DNA of 64,000 nt, from assembly GCA_951406725.2 (NCBI GenBank), contig CATOCA020000001.1, forward strand, positions 2,790,001 through 2,854,000, read 5' to 3'. Position numbers and translations under genes: made by a program. The stretch comes from Octopus vulgaris (Eukaryota). The notes beneath the pieces were generated by a model, which did no database searches, was not told the origin of the DNA, and saw only the letters and a program-made list of their open reading frames with translations. Below are positions 15,701 through 30,700 of this stretch, one piece after another (position 1 is the first letter of the stretch; each line of letters begins with the position of its first letter).

Positions 15701-18700
15701 TCCCCTCCATACACACTCAAGCATGGAACAAACTGCCGGCATCAGTTGTTAATTGTCTGAGCACTGCATCCTTCAAAACTTCCATTCTTCCTGAGATTCA
15801 CCAACACTACACCTGATTTCCTCCCCTCCATACACACGCAAGCATGGAACAAACTGCCGGCATCAGTTGTTAATTGTCTGAGCACTGCATCCTTCAAAAC
15901 TTCCATTCTTCCTGAGATTCACCAACACTACACCTGATTTCCTCCCCTCCATACACACTCAAGCATGGAACAAACTGCCGGCATCAGTTGTTAATTGTCT
16001 GAGCACTGCATCCTTCAAAACTTCCATTCTTCCTGAGATTCACCAACACTACACCTGATTTCCTCCCCTCCATACACACTCAAGCATGGAACAAACTGCC
16101 GGCATCAGTTGTTAATTGTCTGAGCACTGCATCCTTCAAAACTTCCATTCTTCCTGAGATTCACCAACACTACACCTGATTTCCTCCCCTCCATACACAC
16201 TCAAGCATGGAACAAACTGCCGGCATCAGTTGTTAATTGTCTGAGCACTGCATCCTTCAAAACTTCCATTCTTCCTGAGATTCACCAACACTACACCTGA
16301 TTTCCTCCCCTCCATACACACGCAAGCATGGAACAAACTGCCGGCATCAGTTGTTAATTGTCTGAGCACTGCATCCTTCAAAACTTCCATTCTTCCTGAG
16401 ATTCACCAACACTACACCTGATTTCCTCCCCTCCATACACACTCAAGCATGGAACAAACTGCCGGCATCAGTTGTTAATTGTCTGAGCACTGCATCCTTC
16501 AAAACTTCCATTCTTCCTGAGATTCACCAACACTACACCTGATTTCCTCCCCTCCATACACACGCAAGCATGGAACAAACTGCCGGCATCAGTTGTTAAT
16601 TGTCTGAGCACTGCATCCTTCAAAACTTCCATTCTTCCTGAGATTCACCAACACTACACCTGATTTCCTCCCCTCCATACACACGCAAGCATGGAACAAA
16701 CTGCCGGCATCAGTTGTTAATTGTCTGAGCACTGCATCCTTCAAAACTTCCATTCTTCCTGAGATTCACCAACACTACACCTGATTTCCTCCCCTCCATA
16801 CACACTCAAGCATGGAACAAACTGCCGGCATCAGTTGTTAATTGTCTGAGCACTGCATCCTTCAAAACTTCCATTCTTCCTGAGATTCACCAACACTACA
16901 CCTGATTTCCTCCCCTCCATACACACTCAAGCATGGAACAAACTGCCGGCATCAGTTGTTAATTGTCTGAGCACTGCATCCTTCAAAACTTCCATTCTTC
17001 CTGAGATTCACCAACACTACACCTGATTTCCTCCCCTCCATACACACTCAAGCATGGAACAAACTGCCGGCATCAGTTGTTAATTGTCTGAGCACTGCAT
17101 CCTTCAAAACTTCCATTCTTCCTGAGATTCACCAACACTACACCTGATTTCCTCCCCTCCATACACACCAAGCATGGAACAAACTGCCGGCATCAGTTGT
17201 TAATTGTCTGAGCACTGCATCCTTCAAAACTTCCATTCTTCCTGAGATTCACCAACACTACACCTGATTTCCTCCCCTCCATACACACTCAAGCATGGAA
17301 CAAACTGCCGGCATCAGTTGTTAATTGTCTGAGCACTGCATCCTTCAAAACTTCCATTCTTCCTGAGATTCACCAACACTACACCTGATTTCCTCCCCTC
17401 CATACACACTCAAGCATGGAACAAACTGCCGGCATCAGTTGTTAATTGTCTGAGCACTGCATCCTTCAAAACTTCCATTCTTCCTGAGATTCACCAACAC
17501 TACACCTGATTTCCTCCCCTCCATACACACTCAAGCATGGAACAAACTGCCGGCATCAGTTGTTAATTGTCTGAGCACTGCATCCTTCAAAACTTCCATT
17601 CTTCCTGAGATTCACCAACACTACACCTGATTTCCTCCCCTCCATACACACTCAAGCATGGAACAAACTGCCGGCATCAGTTGTTAATTGTCTGAGCACT
17701 GCATCCTTCAAAACTTCCATTCTTCCTGAGATTCACCAACACTACACCTGATTTCCTCCCCTCCATACACACTCAAGCATGGAACAAACTGCCGGCATCA
17801 GTTGTTAATTGTCTGAGCACTGCATCCTTCAAAACTTCCATTCTTCCTGAGATTCACCAACACTACACCTGATTTCCTCCCCTCCATACACACGCAAGCA
17901 TGGAACAAACTGCCGGCATCAGTTGTTAATTGTCTGAGCACTGCATCCTTCAAAACTTCCATTCTTCCTGAGATTCACCAACACTACACCTGATTTCCTC
18001 CCCTCCATACACACTCAAGCATGGAACAAACTGCCGGCATCAGTTGTTAATTGTCTGAGCACTGCATCCTTCAAAACTTCCATTCTTCCTGAGATTCACC
18101 AACACTACACCTGATTTCCTCCCCTCCATACACACTCAAGCATGGAACAAACTGCCGGCATCAGTTGTTAATTGTCTGAGCACTGCATCCTTCAAAACTT
18201 CCATTCTTCCTGAGATTCACCAACACTACACCTGATTTCCTCCCCTCCATACACACTCAAGCATGGAACAAACTGCCGGCATCAGTTGTTAATTGTCTGA
18301 GCACTGCATCCTTCAAAACTTCCATTCTTCCTGAGATTCACCAACACTACACCTGATTTCCTCCCCTCCATACACACGCAAGCATGGAACAAACTGCCGG
18401 CATCAGTTGTTAATTGTCTGAGCACTGCATCCTTCAAAACTTCCATTCTTCCTGAGATTCACCAACACTACACCTGATTTCCCCCCCTCCATACACACTC
18501 AAGCATGGAACAAACTGCCGGCATCAGTTGTTAATTGTCTGAGCACTGCATCCTTCAAAACTTCCATTCTTCCTGAGATTCACCAACACTACACCTGATT
18601 TCCTCCCCTCCATACACACTCAAGCATGGAACAAACTGCCGGCATCAGTTGTTAATTGTCTGAGCACTGCATCCTTCAAAACTTCCATTCTTCCTGAGAT

Positions 18701-21700
18701 TCACCAACACTACACCTGATTTCCTCCCCTCCATACACACTCAAGCATGGAACAAACTGCCGGCATCAGTTGTTAATTGTCTGAGCACTGCATCCTTCAA
18801 AACTTCCATTCTTCCTGAGATTCACCAACACTACACCTGATTTCCTCCCCTCCATACACACTCAAGCATGGAACAAACTGCCGGCATCAGTTGTTAATTG
18901 TCTGAGCACTGCATCCTTCAAAACTTCCATTCTTCCTGAGATTCACCAACACTACACCTGATTTCCTCCCCTCCATACACACGCAAGCATGGAACAAACT
19001 GCCGGCATCAGTTGTTAATTGTCGAAGCACTGCATCCTTCAAAACTTCCATTCTTCCTGAGATTCACCAACACTACACCTGATTTCCTCCCCTCCATACA
19101 CACTCAAGCATGGAACAAACTGCCGGCATCAGTTGTTAATTGTCTGAGCACTGCATCCTTCAAAACTTCCATTCTTCCTGAGATTCACCAACACTACACC
19201 TGATTTCCTCCCCTCCATACACACTCAAGCATGGAACAAACTGCCGGCATCAGTTGTTAATTGTCTGAGCACTGCATCCTTCAAAACTTCCATTCTTCCT
19301 GAGATTCACCAACACTACACCTGATTTCCTCCCCTCCATACACACTCAAGCATGGAACAAACTGCCGGCATCAGTTGTTAATTGTCTGAGCACTGCATCC
19401 TTCAAAACTTCCATTCTTCCTGAGATTCACCAACACTACACCTGATTTCCTCCCCTCCATACACACTCAAGCATGGAACAAACTGCCGGCATCAGTTGTT
19501 AATTGTCTGAGCACTGCATCCTTCAAAACTTCCATTCTTCCTGAGATTCACCAACACTACACCTGATTTCCTCCCCTCCATACACACCAAGCATGGAACA
19601 AACTGCCGGCATCAGTTGTTAATTGTCTGAGCACTGCATCCTTCAAAACTTCCATTCTTCCTGAGATTCACCAACACTACACCTGATTTCCTCCCCTCCA
19701 TACACACTCAAGCATGGAACAAACTGCCGGCATCAGTTGTTAATTGTCTGAGCACTGCATCCTTCAAAACTTCCATTCTTCCTGAGATTCACCAACACTA
19801 CACCTGATTTCCTCCCCTCCATACACACGCAAGCATGGAACAAACTGCCGGCATCAGTTGTTAATTGTCTGAGCACTGCATCCTTCAAAACTTCCATTCT
19901 TCCTGAGATTCACCAACACTACACCTGATTTCCTCCCCTCCATACACACTCAAGCATGGAACAAACTGCCGGCATCAGTTGTTAATTGTCTGAGCACTGC
20001 ATCCTTCAAAACTTCCATTCTTCCTGAGATTCACCAACACTACACCTGATTTCCTCCCCTCCATACACACTCAAGCATGGAACAAACTGCCGGCATCAGT
20101 TGTTAATTGTCTGAGCACTGCATCCTTCAAAACTTCCATTCTTCCTGAGATTCACCAACACTACACCTGATTTCCTCCCCTCCATACACACTCAAGCATG
20201 GAACAAACTGCCGGCATCAGTTGTTAATTGTCTGAGCACTGCATCCTTCAAAACTTCCATTCTTCCTGAGATTCACCAACACTACACCTGATTTCCTCCC
20301 CTCCATACACACGCAAGCATGGAACAAACTGCCGGCATCAGTTGTTAATTGTCTGAGCACTGCATCCTTCAAAACTTCCATTCTTCCTGAGATTCACCAA
20401 CACTACACCTGATTTCCTCCCCTCCATACACACTCAAGCATGGAACAAACTGCCGGCATCAGTTGTTAATTGTCTGAGCACTGCATCCTTCAAAACTTCC
20501 ATTCTTCCTGAGATTCACCAACACTACACCTGATTTCCTCCCCTCCATACACACTCAAGCATGGAACAAACTGCCGGCATCAGTTGTTAATTGTCTGAGC
20601 ACTGCATCCTTCAAAACTTCCATTCTTCCTGAGATTCACCAACACTACACCTGATTTCCTCCCCTCCATACACACTCAAGCATGGAACAAACTGCCGGCA
20701 TCAGTTGTTAATTGTCTGAGCACTGCATCCTTCAAAACTTCCATTCTTCCTGAGATTCACCAACACTACACCTGATTTCCTCCCCTCCATACACACGCAA
20801 GCATGGAACAAACTGCCGGCATCAGTTGTTAATTGTCTGAGCACTGCATCCTTCAAAACTTCCATTCTTCCTGAGATTCACCAACACTACACCTGATTTC
20901 CTCCCCTCCATACACACTCAAGCATGGAACAAACTGCCGGCATCAGTTGTTAATTGTCTGAGCACTGCATCCTTCAAAACTTCCATTCTTCCTGAGATTC
21001 ACCAACACTACACCTGATTTCCTCCCCTCCATACACCCAAGCATGGAACAAACTGCCGGCATCAGTTGTTAATTGTCTGAGCACTGCATCCTTCAAAACT
21101 TCCATTCTTCCTGAGATTCACCAACACTACACCTGATTTCCTCCCCTCCATACACACTCAAGCATGGAACAAACTGCCGGCATCAGTTGTTAATTGTCTG
21201 AGCACTGCATCCTTCAAAACTTCCATTCTTCCTGAGATTCACCAACACTACACCTGATTTCCTCCCCTCCATACACACGCAAGCATGGAACAAACTGCCG
21301 GCATCAGTTGTTAATTGTCTGAGCACTGCATCCTTCAAAACTTCCATTCTTCCTGAGATTCACCAACACTACACCTGATTTCCTCCCCTCCATACACACT
21401 CAAGCATGGAACAAACTGCCGGCATCAGTTGTTAATTGTCTGAGCACTGCATCCTTCAAAACTTCCATTCTTCCTGAGATTCACCAACACTACACCTGAT
21501 TTCCTCCCCTCCATACACACGCAAGCATGGAACAAACTGCCGGCATCAGTTGTTAATTGTCTGAGCACTGCATCCTTCAAAACTTCCATTCTTCCTGAGA
21601 TTCACCAACACTACACCTGATTTCCTCCCCTCCATACACACACAAGCATGGAACAAACTGCCGGCATCAGTTGTTAATTGTCTGAGCACTGCATCCTTCA

Positions 21701-24700
21701 AAACTTCCATTCTTCCTGAGATTCACCAACACTACACCTGATTTCCTCCCCTCCATACACACTCAAGCATGGAACAAACTGCCGGCATCAGTTGTTAATT
21801 GTCTGAGCACTGCATCCTTCAAAACTTCCATTCTTCCTGAGATTCACCAACACTACACCTGATTTCCTCCCCTCCATACACACTCAAGCATGGAACAAAC
21901 TGCCGGCATCAGTTGTTAATTGTCTGAGCACTGCATCCTTCAAAACTTCCATTCTTCCTGAGATTCACCAACACTACACCTGATTTCCTCCCCTCCATAC
22001 ACACGCAAGCATGGAACAAACTGCCGGCATCAGTTGTTAATTGTCTGAGCACTGCATCCTTCAAAACTTCCATTCTTCCTGAGATTCACCAACACTACAC
22101 CTGATTTCCTCCCCTCCATACACACTCAAGCATGGAACAAACTGCCGGCATCAGTTGTTAATTGTCTGAGCACTGCATCCTTCAAAACTTCCATTCTTCC
22201 TGAGATTCACCAACACTACACCTGATTTCCTCCCCTCCATACACACTCAAGCATGGAACAAACTGCCGGCATCAGTTGTTAATTGTCTGAGCACTGCATC
22301 CTTCAAAACTTCCATTCTTCCTGAGATTCACCAACACTACACCTGATTTCCTCCCCTCCATACACACGCAAGCATGGAACAAACTGCCGGCATCAGTTGT
22401 TAATTGTCTGAGCACTGCATCCTTCAAAACTTCCATTCTTCCTGAGATTCACCAACACTACACCTGATTTCCTCCCCTCCATACACACTCAAGCATGGAA
22501 CAAACTGCCGGCATCAGTTGTTAATTGTCTGAGCACTGCATCCTTCAAAACTTCCATTCTTCCTGAGATTCACCAACACTACACCTGATTTCCTCCCCTC
22601 CATACACACTCAAGCATGGAACAAACTGCCGGCATCAGTTGTTAATTGTCTGAGCACTGCATCCTTCAAAACTTCCATTCTTCCTGAGATTCACCAACAC
22701 TACACCTGATTTCCTCCCCTCCATACACACTCAAGCATGGAACAAACTGCCGGCATCAGTTGTTAATTGTCTGAGCACTGCATCCTTCAAAACTTCCATT
22801 CTTCCTGAGATTCACCAACACTACACCTGATTTCCTCCCCTCCATACACACCAAGCATGGAACAAACTGCCGGCATCAGTTGTTAATTGTCTGAGCACTG
22901 CATCCTTCAAAACTTCCATTCTTCCTGAGATTCACCAACACTACACCTGATTTCCTCCCCTCCATACACACTCAAGCATGGAACAAACTGCCGGCATCAG
23001 TTGTTAATTGTCTGAGCACTGCATCCTTCAAAACTTCCATCCTTCCTGAGATTCACCAACACTACACCTGATTTCCTCCTTTCCATACACACGCAAGCAT
23101 GGAACAAACTGCCTGCATCAGTTGTTAATTGTCTGAGCACTGCATCCTTCAAAACTTCCATTCTTCCTGAGATTCACCAACACTACACCTGATTTCCTCC
23201 CCTCCATACACACTCAAGCATGGAACAAACTGCCGGCATCAGTTGTTAATTGTCTGAGCACTGCATCCTTCAAAACTTCCATTCTTCCTGAGATTCACCA
23301 ACACTACACCTGATTTCCTCCCCTCCATACACACTCAAGCATGGAACAAACTGCCGGCATCAGTTGTTAATTGTCTGAGCACTGCATCCTTCAAAACTTC
23401 CATTCTTCCTGAGATTCACCAACACTACACCTGATTTCCTCCCCTCCATACACACTCAAGCATGGAACAAACTGCCGGCATCAGTTGTTAATTGTCTGAG
23501 CACTGCATCCTTCAAAACTTCCATTCTTCCTGAGATTCACCAACACTACACCTGATTTCCTCCCCTCCATACACACTCAAGCATGGAACAAACTGCCGGC
23601 ATCAGTTGTTAATTGTCTGAGCACTGCATCCTTCAAAACTTCCATTCTTCCTGAGATTCACCAACACTACACCTGATTTCCTCCCCTCCATACACACTCA
23701 AGCATGGAACAAACTGCCGGCATCAGTTGTTAATTGTCTGAGCACTGCATCCTTCAAAACTTCCATTCTTCCTGAGATTCACCAACACTACACCTGATTT
23801 CCTCCCCTCCATACACACTCAAGCATGGAACAAACTGCCGGCATCAGTTGTTAATTGTCTGAGCACTGCATCCTTCAAAACTTCCATTCTTCCTGAGATT
23901 CACCAACACTACACCTGATTTCCTCCCCTCCATACACACTCAAGCATGGAACAAACTGCCGGCATCAGTTGTTAATTGTCTGAGCACTGCATCCTTCAAA
24001 ACTTCCATTCTTCCTGAGATTCACCAACACTACACCTGATTTCCTCCCCTCCATACACACGCAAGCATGGAACAAACTGCCGGCATCAGTTGTTAATTGT
24101 CTGAGCACTGCATCCTTCAAAACTTCCATTCTTCCTGAGATTCACCAACACTACACCTGATTTCCTCCCCTCCATACACACTCAAGCATGGAACAAACTG
24201 CCGGCATCAGTTGTTAATTGTCTGAGCACTGCATCCTTCAAAACTTCCATTCTTCCTGAGATTCACCAACACTACACCTGATTTCCTCCCCTCCATACAC
24301 ACTCAAGCATGGAACAAACTGCCGGCATCAGTTGTTAATTGTCTGAGCACTGCATCCTTCAAAACTTCCATTCTTCCTGAGATTCACCAACACTACACCT
24401 GATTTCCTCCCCTCCATACACACGCAAGCATGGAACAAACTGCCGGCATCAGTTGTTAATTGTCTGAGCACTGCATCCTTCAAAACTTCCATTCTTCCTG
24501 AGATTCACCAACACTACACCTGATTTCCTCCCCTCCATACACACTCAAGCATGGAACAAACTGCCGGCATCAGTTGTTAATTGTCTGAGCACTGCATCCT
24601 TCAAAACTTCCATTCTTCCTGAGATTCACCAACACTACACCTGATTTCCTCCCCTCCATACACACTCAAGCATGGAACAAACTGCCGGCATCAGTTGTTA

Positions 24701-27700
24701 ATTGTCTGAGCACTGCATCCTTCAAAACTTCCATTCTTCCTGAGATTCACCAACACTACACCTGATTTCCTCCCCTCCATACACACGCAAGCATGGAACA
24801 AACTGCCGGCATCAGTTGTTAATTGTCTGAGCACTGCATCCTTCAAAACTTCCATTCTTCCTGAGATTCACCAACACTACACCTGATTTCCTCCCCTCCA
24901 TACACACTCAAGCATGGAACAAACTGCCGGCATCAGTTGTTAATTGTCTGAGCACTGCATCCTTCAAAACTTCCATTCTTCCTGAGATTCACCAACACTA
25001 CACCTGATTTCCTCCCCTCCATACACACTCAAGCATGGAACAAACTGCCGGCATCAGTTGTTAATTGTCTGAGCACTGCATCCTTCAAAACTTCCATTCT
25101 TCCTGAGATTCACCAACACTACACCTGATTTCCTCCCCTCCATACACACGCAAGCATGGAACAAACTGCCGGCATCAGTTGTTAATTGTCTGAGCACTGC
25201 ATCCTTCAAAACTTCCATTCTTCCTGAGATTCACCAACACTACACCTGATTTCCTCCCCTCCATACACACTCAAGCATGGAACAAACTGCCGGCATCAGT
25301 TGTTAATTGTCTGAGCACTGCATCCTTCAAAACTTCCATTCTTCCTGAGATTCACCAACACTACACCTGATTTCCTCCCCTCCATACACACTCAAGCATG
25401 GAACAAACTGCCGGCATCAGTTGTTAATTGTCTGAGCACTGCATCCTTCAAAACTTCCATTCTTCCTGAGATTCACCAACACTACACCTGATTTCCTCCC
25501 CTCCATACACACGCAAGCATGGAACAAACTGCCGGCATCAGTTGTTAATTGTCTGAGCACTGCATCCTTCAAAACTTCCATTCTTCCTGAGATTCACCAA
25601 CACTACACCTGATTTCCTCCCCTCCATACACACTCAAGCATGGAACAAACTGCCGGCATCAGTTGTTAATTGTCTGAGCACTGCATCCTTCAAAACTTCC
25701 ATTCTTCCTGAGATTCACCAACACTACACCTGATTTCCTCCCCTCCATACACACTCAAGCATGGAACAAACTGCCGGCATCAGTTGTTAATTGTCTGAGC
25801 ACTGCATCCTTCAAAACTTCCATTCTTCCTGAGATTCACCAACACTACACCTGATTTCCTCCCCTCCATACACACTCAAGCATGGAACAAACTGCCGGCA
25901 TCAGTTGTTAATTGTCTGAGCACTGCATCCTTCAAAACTTCCATTCTTCCTGAGATTCACCAACACTACACCTGATTTCCTCCCCTCCATACACACTCAA
26001 GCATGGAACAAACTGCCGGCATCAGTTGTTAATTGTCTGAGCACTGCATCCTTCAAAACTTCCATTCTTCCTGAGATTCACCAACACTACACCTGATTTC
26101 CTCCCCTCCATACACACGCAGCAAACATGGAACAAACTGCCGGCATCAGTTGTTAATTGTCTGAGCACTGCATCCTTCAAAACTTCCATCTTCCTGAGAT
26201 TCACCAACACTACACCTGATTTCCTCCCCTCCATACACACGCAAGCATGGAACAAACTGCCGGCATCAGTTGTTAATTGTCTGAGCACTGCATCCTTCAA
26301 AACTTCCATTCTTCCTGAGATTCACCAACACTACACCTGATTTCCTCCCCTCCATACACACGCAAGCATGGAACAAACTGCCGGCATCAGTTGTTAATTG
26401 TCTGAGCACTGCATCCTTCAAAACTTCCATGCTTTCTGAGATTCGCCAACACTACACCTGATATCCTCCCCTCCATACACACACAGCAAACATGGAACAA
26501 ACTGCCGGCATCAGTTGTTAATTGTCTGAGCACTGCATCCTTCAAAACTTCCATGCTTCCTGAGATTCACCAACACTACACCTGATTTCCTCCCCTCCAT
26601 ACACACGCAAGCATGGAACAAACTGCCGGCATCAGTTGTTAATTGTCTGAGCACTGCATCCTTCAAAACTTCCATCCTTCCTGAGATTCACCAACACTAC
26701 ACCTGATTTCCTCCCCTCCATACACACGCAGCAAACATGGAACAAACTGCCGGCATCAGTTGTTAATTGTCTGAGCACTGCATCCTTCAAAACTTCCATT
26801 CTTCCTGAGATTCACCAACACTACACCTGATTTCCTCCCCTCCATACACACGCAAGCATGGAACAAACTGCCGGCATCAGTTGTTAATTGTCTGAGCACT
26901 GCATCCTTCAAAACTTCCATTCTTCCTGAGATTCACCAACACTACACCTGATTTCCTCCCCTCCATACACACACAGCAAGCATGGAACAAACTGCCGGCA
27001 TCAGTTGTTAATTGTCTGAGCACTGCATCCTTCAAAACTTCCATTCTTCCTGAGATTCACCAACACTACACCTGATTTCCTCCCCTCCATACACACGCAA
27101 GCATGGAACAAACTGCCGGCATCAGTTGTTAATTGTCTGAGCACTGCATCCTTCAAAACTTCCATTCTTCCTGAGATTCACCAACACTACACCTGATTTC
27201 CTCCCCTCCATACACACGCAGGAAACATGGAACAAACTGCCGGCATCAGTTGTTAATTGTCTGAGCACTGCATCCTTCAAAACTTCCATTCTTCCTGAGA
27301 TTCACCAACACTACACCTGATTTCCTCCCCTCCATACACACGCAAGCATGGAACAAACTGCCGGCATCAGTTGTTAATTGTCTGAGCACTGCATCCTTCA
27401 AAACTTCCATTCTTTCTGAGATTCACCAACACTACACCTGATTTCCTCCCCTCCATACACACGCAAGCATGGAACAAACTGCCGGCATCAGTTGTTAATT
27501 GTCTGAGCACTGCATCCTTCAAAACTTCCATTCTTCCTGAGATTCACCAACACTACACCTGATTTCCTCCCCTCCATACACACCAAGCATGGAACAAACT
27601 GCCGGCATCAGTTGTTAATTGTCTGAGCACTGCATCCTTCAAAACTTCCATTCTTCCTGAGATTCACCAACACTACACCTGATTTCCTCCCCTCCATACA

Positions 27701-30700
27701 CACTCAAGCATGGAACAAACTGCCGGCATCAGTTGTTAATTGTCTGAGCACTGCATCCTTCAAAACTTCCATTCTTCCTGAGATTCACCAACACTACACC
27801 TGATTTCCTCCCCTCCATACACACGCAAGCATGGAACAAACTGCCGGCATCAGTTGTTAATTGTCTGAGCACTGCATCCTTCAAAACTTCCATTCTTCCT
27901 GAGATTCACCAACACTACACCTGATTTCCTCCCCTCCATACACACCAAGCATGGAACAAACTGCCGGCATCAGTTGTTAATTGTCTGAGCACTGCATCCT
28001 TCAAAACTTCCATGCTTCCTGAGATTCGCCAACACTACACCTGATTTCCTCCCCTCCATACACACGCAAACATGGAACAAACTGCCGGCATCAGTTGTTA
28101 ATTGTCTGAGCACTGCATCCTTCAAAACTTCCATGCTTCCTGAGATTCGCCAACACTACACCTGATTTCCTCCCCTCCATACACACGCAAGCATGGAACA
28201 AACTGCCGGCATCAGTTGTTAATTGTCTGAGCACTGCATCCTTCAAAACTTCCATTCTTCCTGAGATTCACCAACACTACACCTGATTTCCTCCCCTCCA
28301 TACACACTCAAGCATGGAACAAACTGCCGGCATCAGTTGTTAATTGTCTGAGCACTGCATCCTTCAAAACTTCCATGCTTCCTGAGATTCACCAACACTA
28401 CACCTGATTTCCTCCCCTCCATACACACGCAGCAAACATGGAACAAACTGCCGGCATCAGTTGTTAATTGTCTGAGCACTGCATCCTTCAAAACTTCCAT
28501 GCTTCCTGAGATTCACCAACACTACACCTGATTTCCTCCCCTCCATACACACGCAAGCATGGAACAAACTGCCGGCATCAGTTGTTAATTGTCTGAGCAC
28601 TGCATCCTTCAAAACTTCCATCTTCCTGAGATTCACCAACACTACACCTGATTTCCTCCCCTCCATACACACGCAAGCATGGAACAAACTGCCGGCATCA
28701 GTTGTTAATTGTCTGAGCACTGCATCCTTCAAAACTTCCATTCTTCCTGAGATTCACCAACACTACACCTGATTTCCTCCCCTCCATACACACTCAAGCA
28801 TGGAACAAACTGCCGGCATCAGTTGTTAATTGTCTGAGCACTGCATCCTTCAAAACTTCCATTCTTCCTGAGATTCACCAACACTACACCTGATTTCCTC
28901 CCCTCCATACACACGCAAGCATGGAACAAACTGCCGGCATCAGTTGTTAATTGTCTGAGCACTGCATCCTTCAAAACTTCCATTCTTCCTGAGATTCACC
29001 AACACTACACCTGATTTCCTCCCCTCCATACACACGCAAGCATGGAACAAACTGCCGGCATCAGTTGTTAATTGTCTGAGCACTGCATCCTTCAAAACTT
29101 CCATTCTTCCTGAGATTCACCAACACTACACCTGATTTCCTCCCCTCCATACACACGCAAGCATGGAACAAACTGCCGGCATCAGTTGTTAATTGTCTGA
29201 GCACTGCATCCTTCAAAACTTCCATGCTTCCTGAGATTCACCAACACTACACCTGATTTCCTCCCCTCCATACACACGCAAGCAAACATGGAACAAACTG
29301 CCGGCATCAGTTGTTAATTGTCTGAGCACTGCATCCTTCAAAACTTCCATGCTTCCTGAGATTCACCAACACTACACCTGATTTCCTCCCCTCCATACAC
29401 ACTCAAGCATGGAACAAACTGCCGGCATCAGTTGTTAATTGTCTGAGCACTGCATCCTTCAAAACTTCCATGCTTCCTGAGATTCACCAACACTACACCT
29501 GATTTCCTCCCCTCCATACACACTCAAACATGGAACAAACTGCCGGCATCAGTTGTTAATTGTCTGAGCACTGCATCCTTCAAAACTTCCATTCTTCCTG
29601 AGATTCACCAACACTACACCTGATTTCCTCCCCTCCATACACACACGCAAACATGGAACAAACTGCCGGCATCAGTTGTTAATTGTCTGAGCACTGCATC
29701 CTTCAAAACTTCCATGCTTCCTGAGATTAGCCAACATTACACCTGATTTCCTCCCCTCCATACACACGCAAGCATGGAACAAACTGCCGGCATCAGTTGT
29801 TAATTGTCTGAGCACTGCATCCTTCAAAACTTCCATTCTTCCTGAGATTCGCCAACACTACACCTGATTTCCTCCCCTCCATACACACGCAAGCATGGAA
29901 CAAACTGCCGGCATCAGTTGTTAATTGTCTGAGCACTGCATCCTTCAAAACTTCCATGCTTCCTGAGATTCGCCAACACTACACCTGATTTCCTCCCCTC
30001 CATACACACGCAGCAAACATGGAACAAACTGCCGGCATCAGTTGTTAATTGTCTGAGCACTGCATCCTTCAAAACTTCCATGCTTCCTGAGATTAGCCAA
30101 CACTACACCTGATTTCCTCCCCTCCATACACACGCAGCAAACATGGAACAAACTGCCGGCATCAGTTGTTAATTGTCTGAGCACTGCATCCTTCAAAACT
30201 TCCATGCTTCCTGAGATTCACCAACACTACACCTGATTTCCTCCCCTCCATACACACGCAAGCATGGAACAAACTGCCGGCATCAGTTGTTAATTGTCTG
30301 AGCACTGCATCCTTCAAAACTTCCATTCTTCCTGAGATTCACCAACACTACACCTGATTACCTCCCCTCCATACACACGCAGCAAACATGGAACAAACTG
30401 CCGGCATCAGTTGTTAATTGTCTGAGCACTGCATCCTTCAAAACTTCCATGCTTCCTGAGATTCGCCAACACTACACCTGATTTCCTCCCCTCCATACAC
30501 ACGCAGCAAACATGGAACAAACTGCCGGCATCAGTTGTTAATTGTCTGAGCACTGCATCCTTCAAAACTTCCATGCTTCCTGAGATTCACCAACACTACA
30601 CCTGATTTCCTCTCCTCCATACACACGCAAGCATGGAACAAACTGCCGGCATCAGTTGTTAATTGTCTGAGCACTGCATCCTTCAAAACTTCCATGCTTC

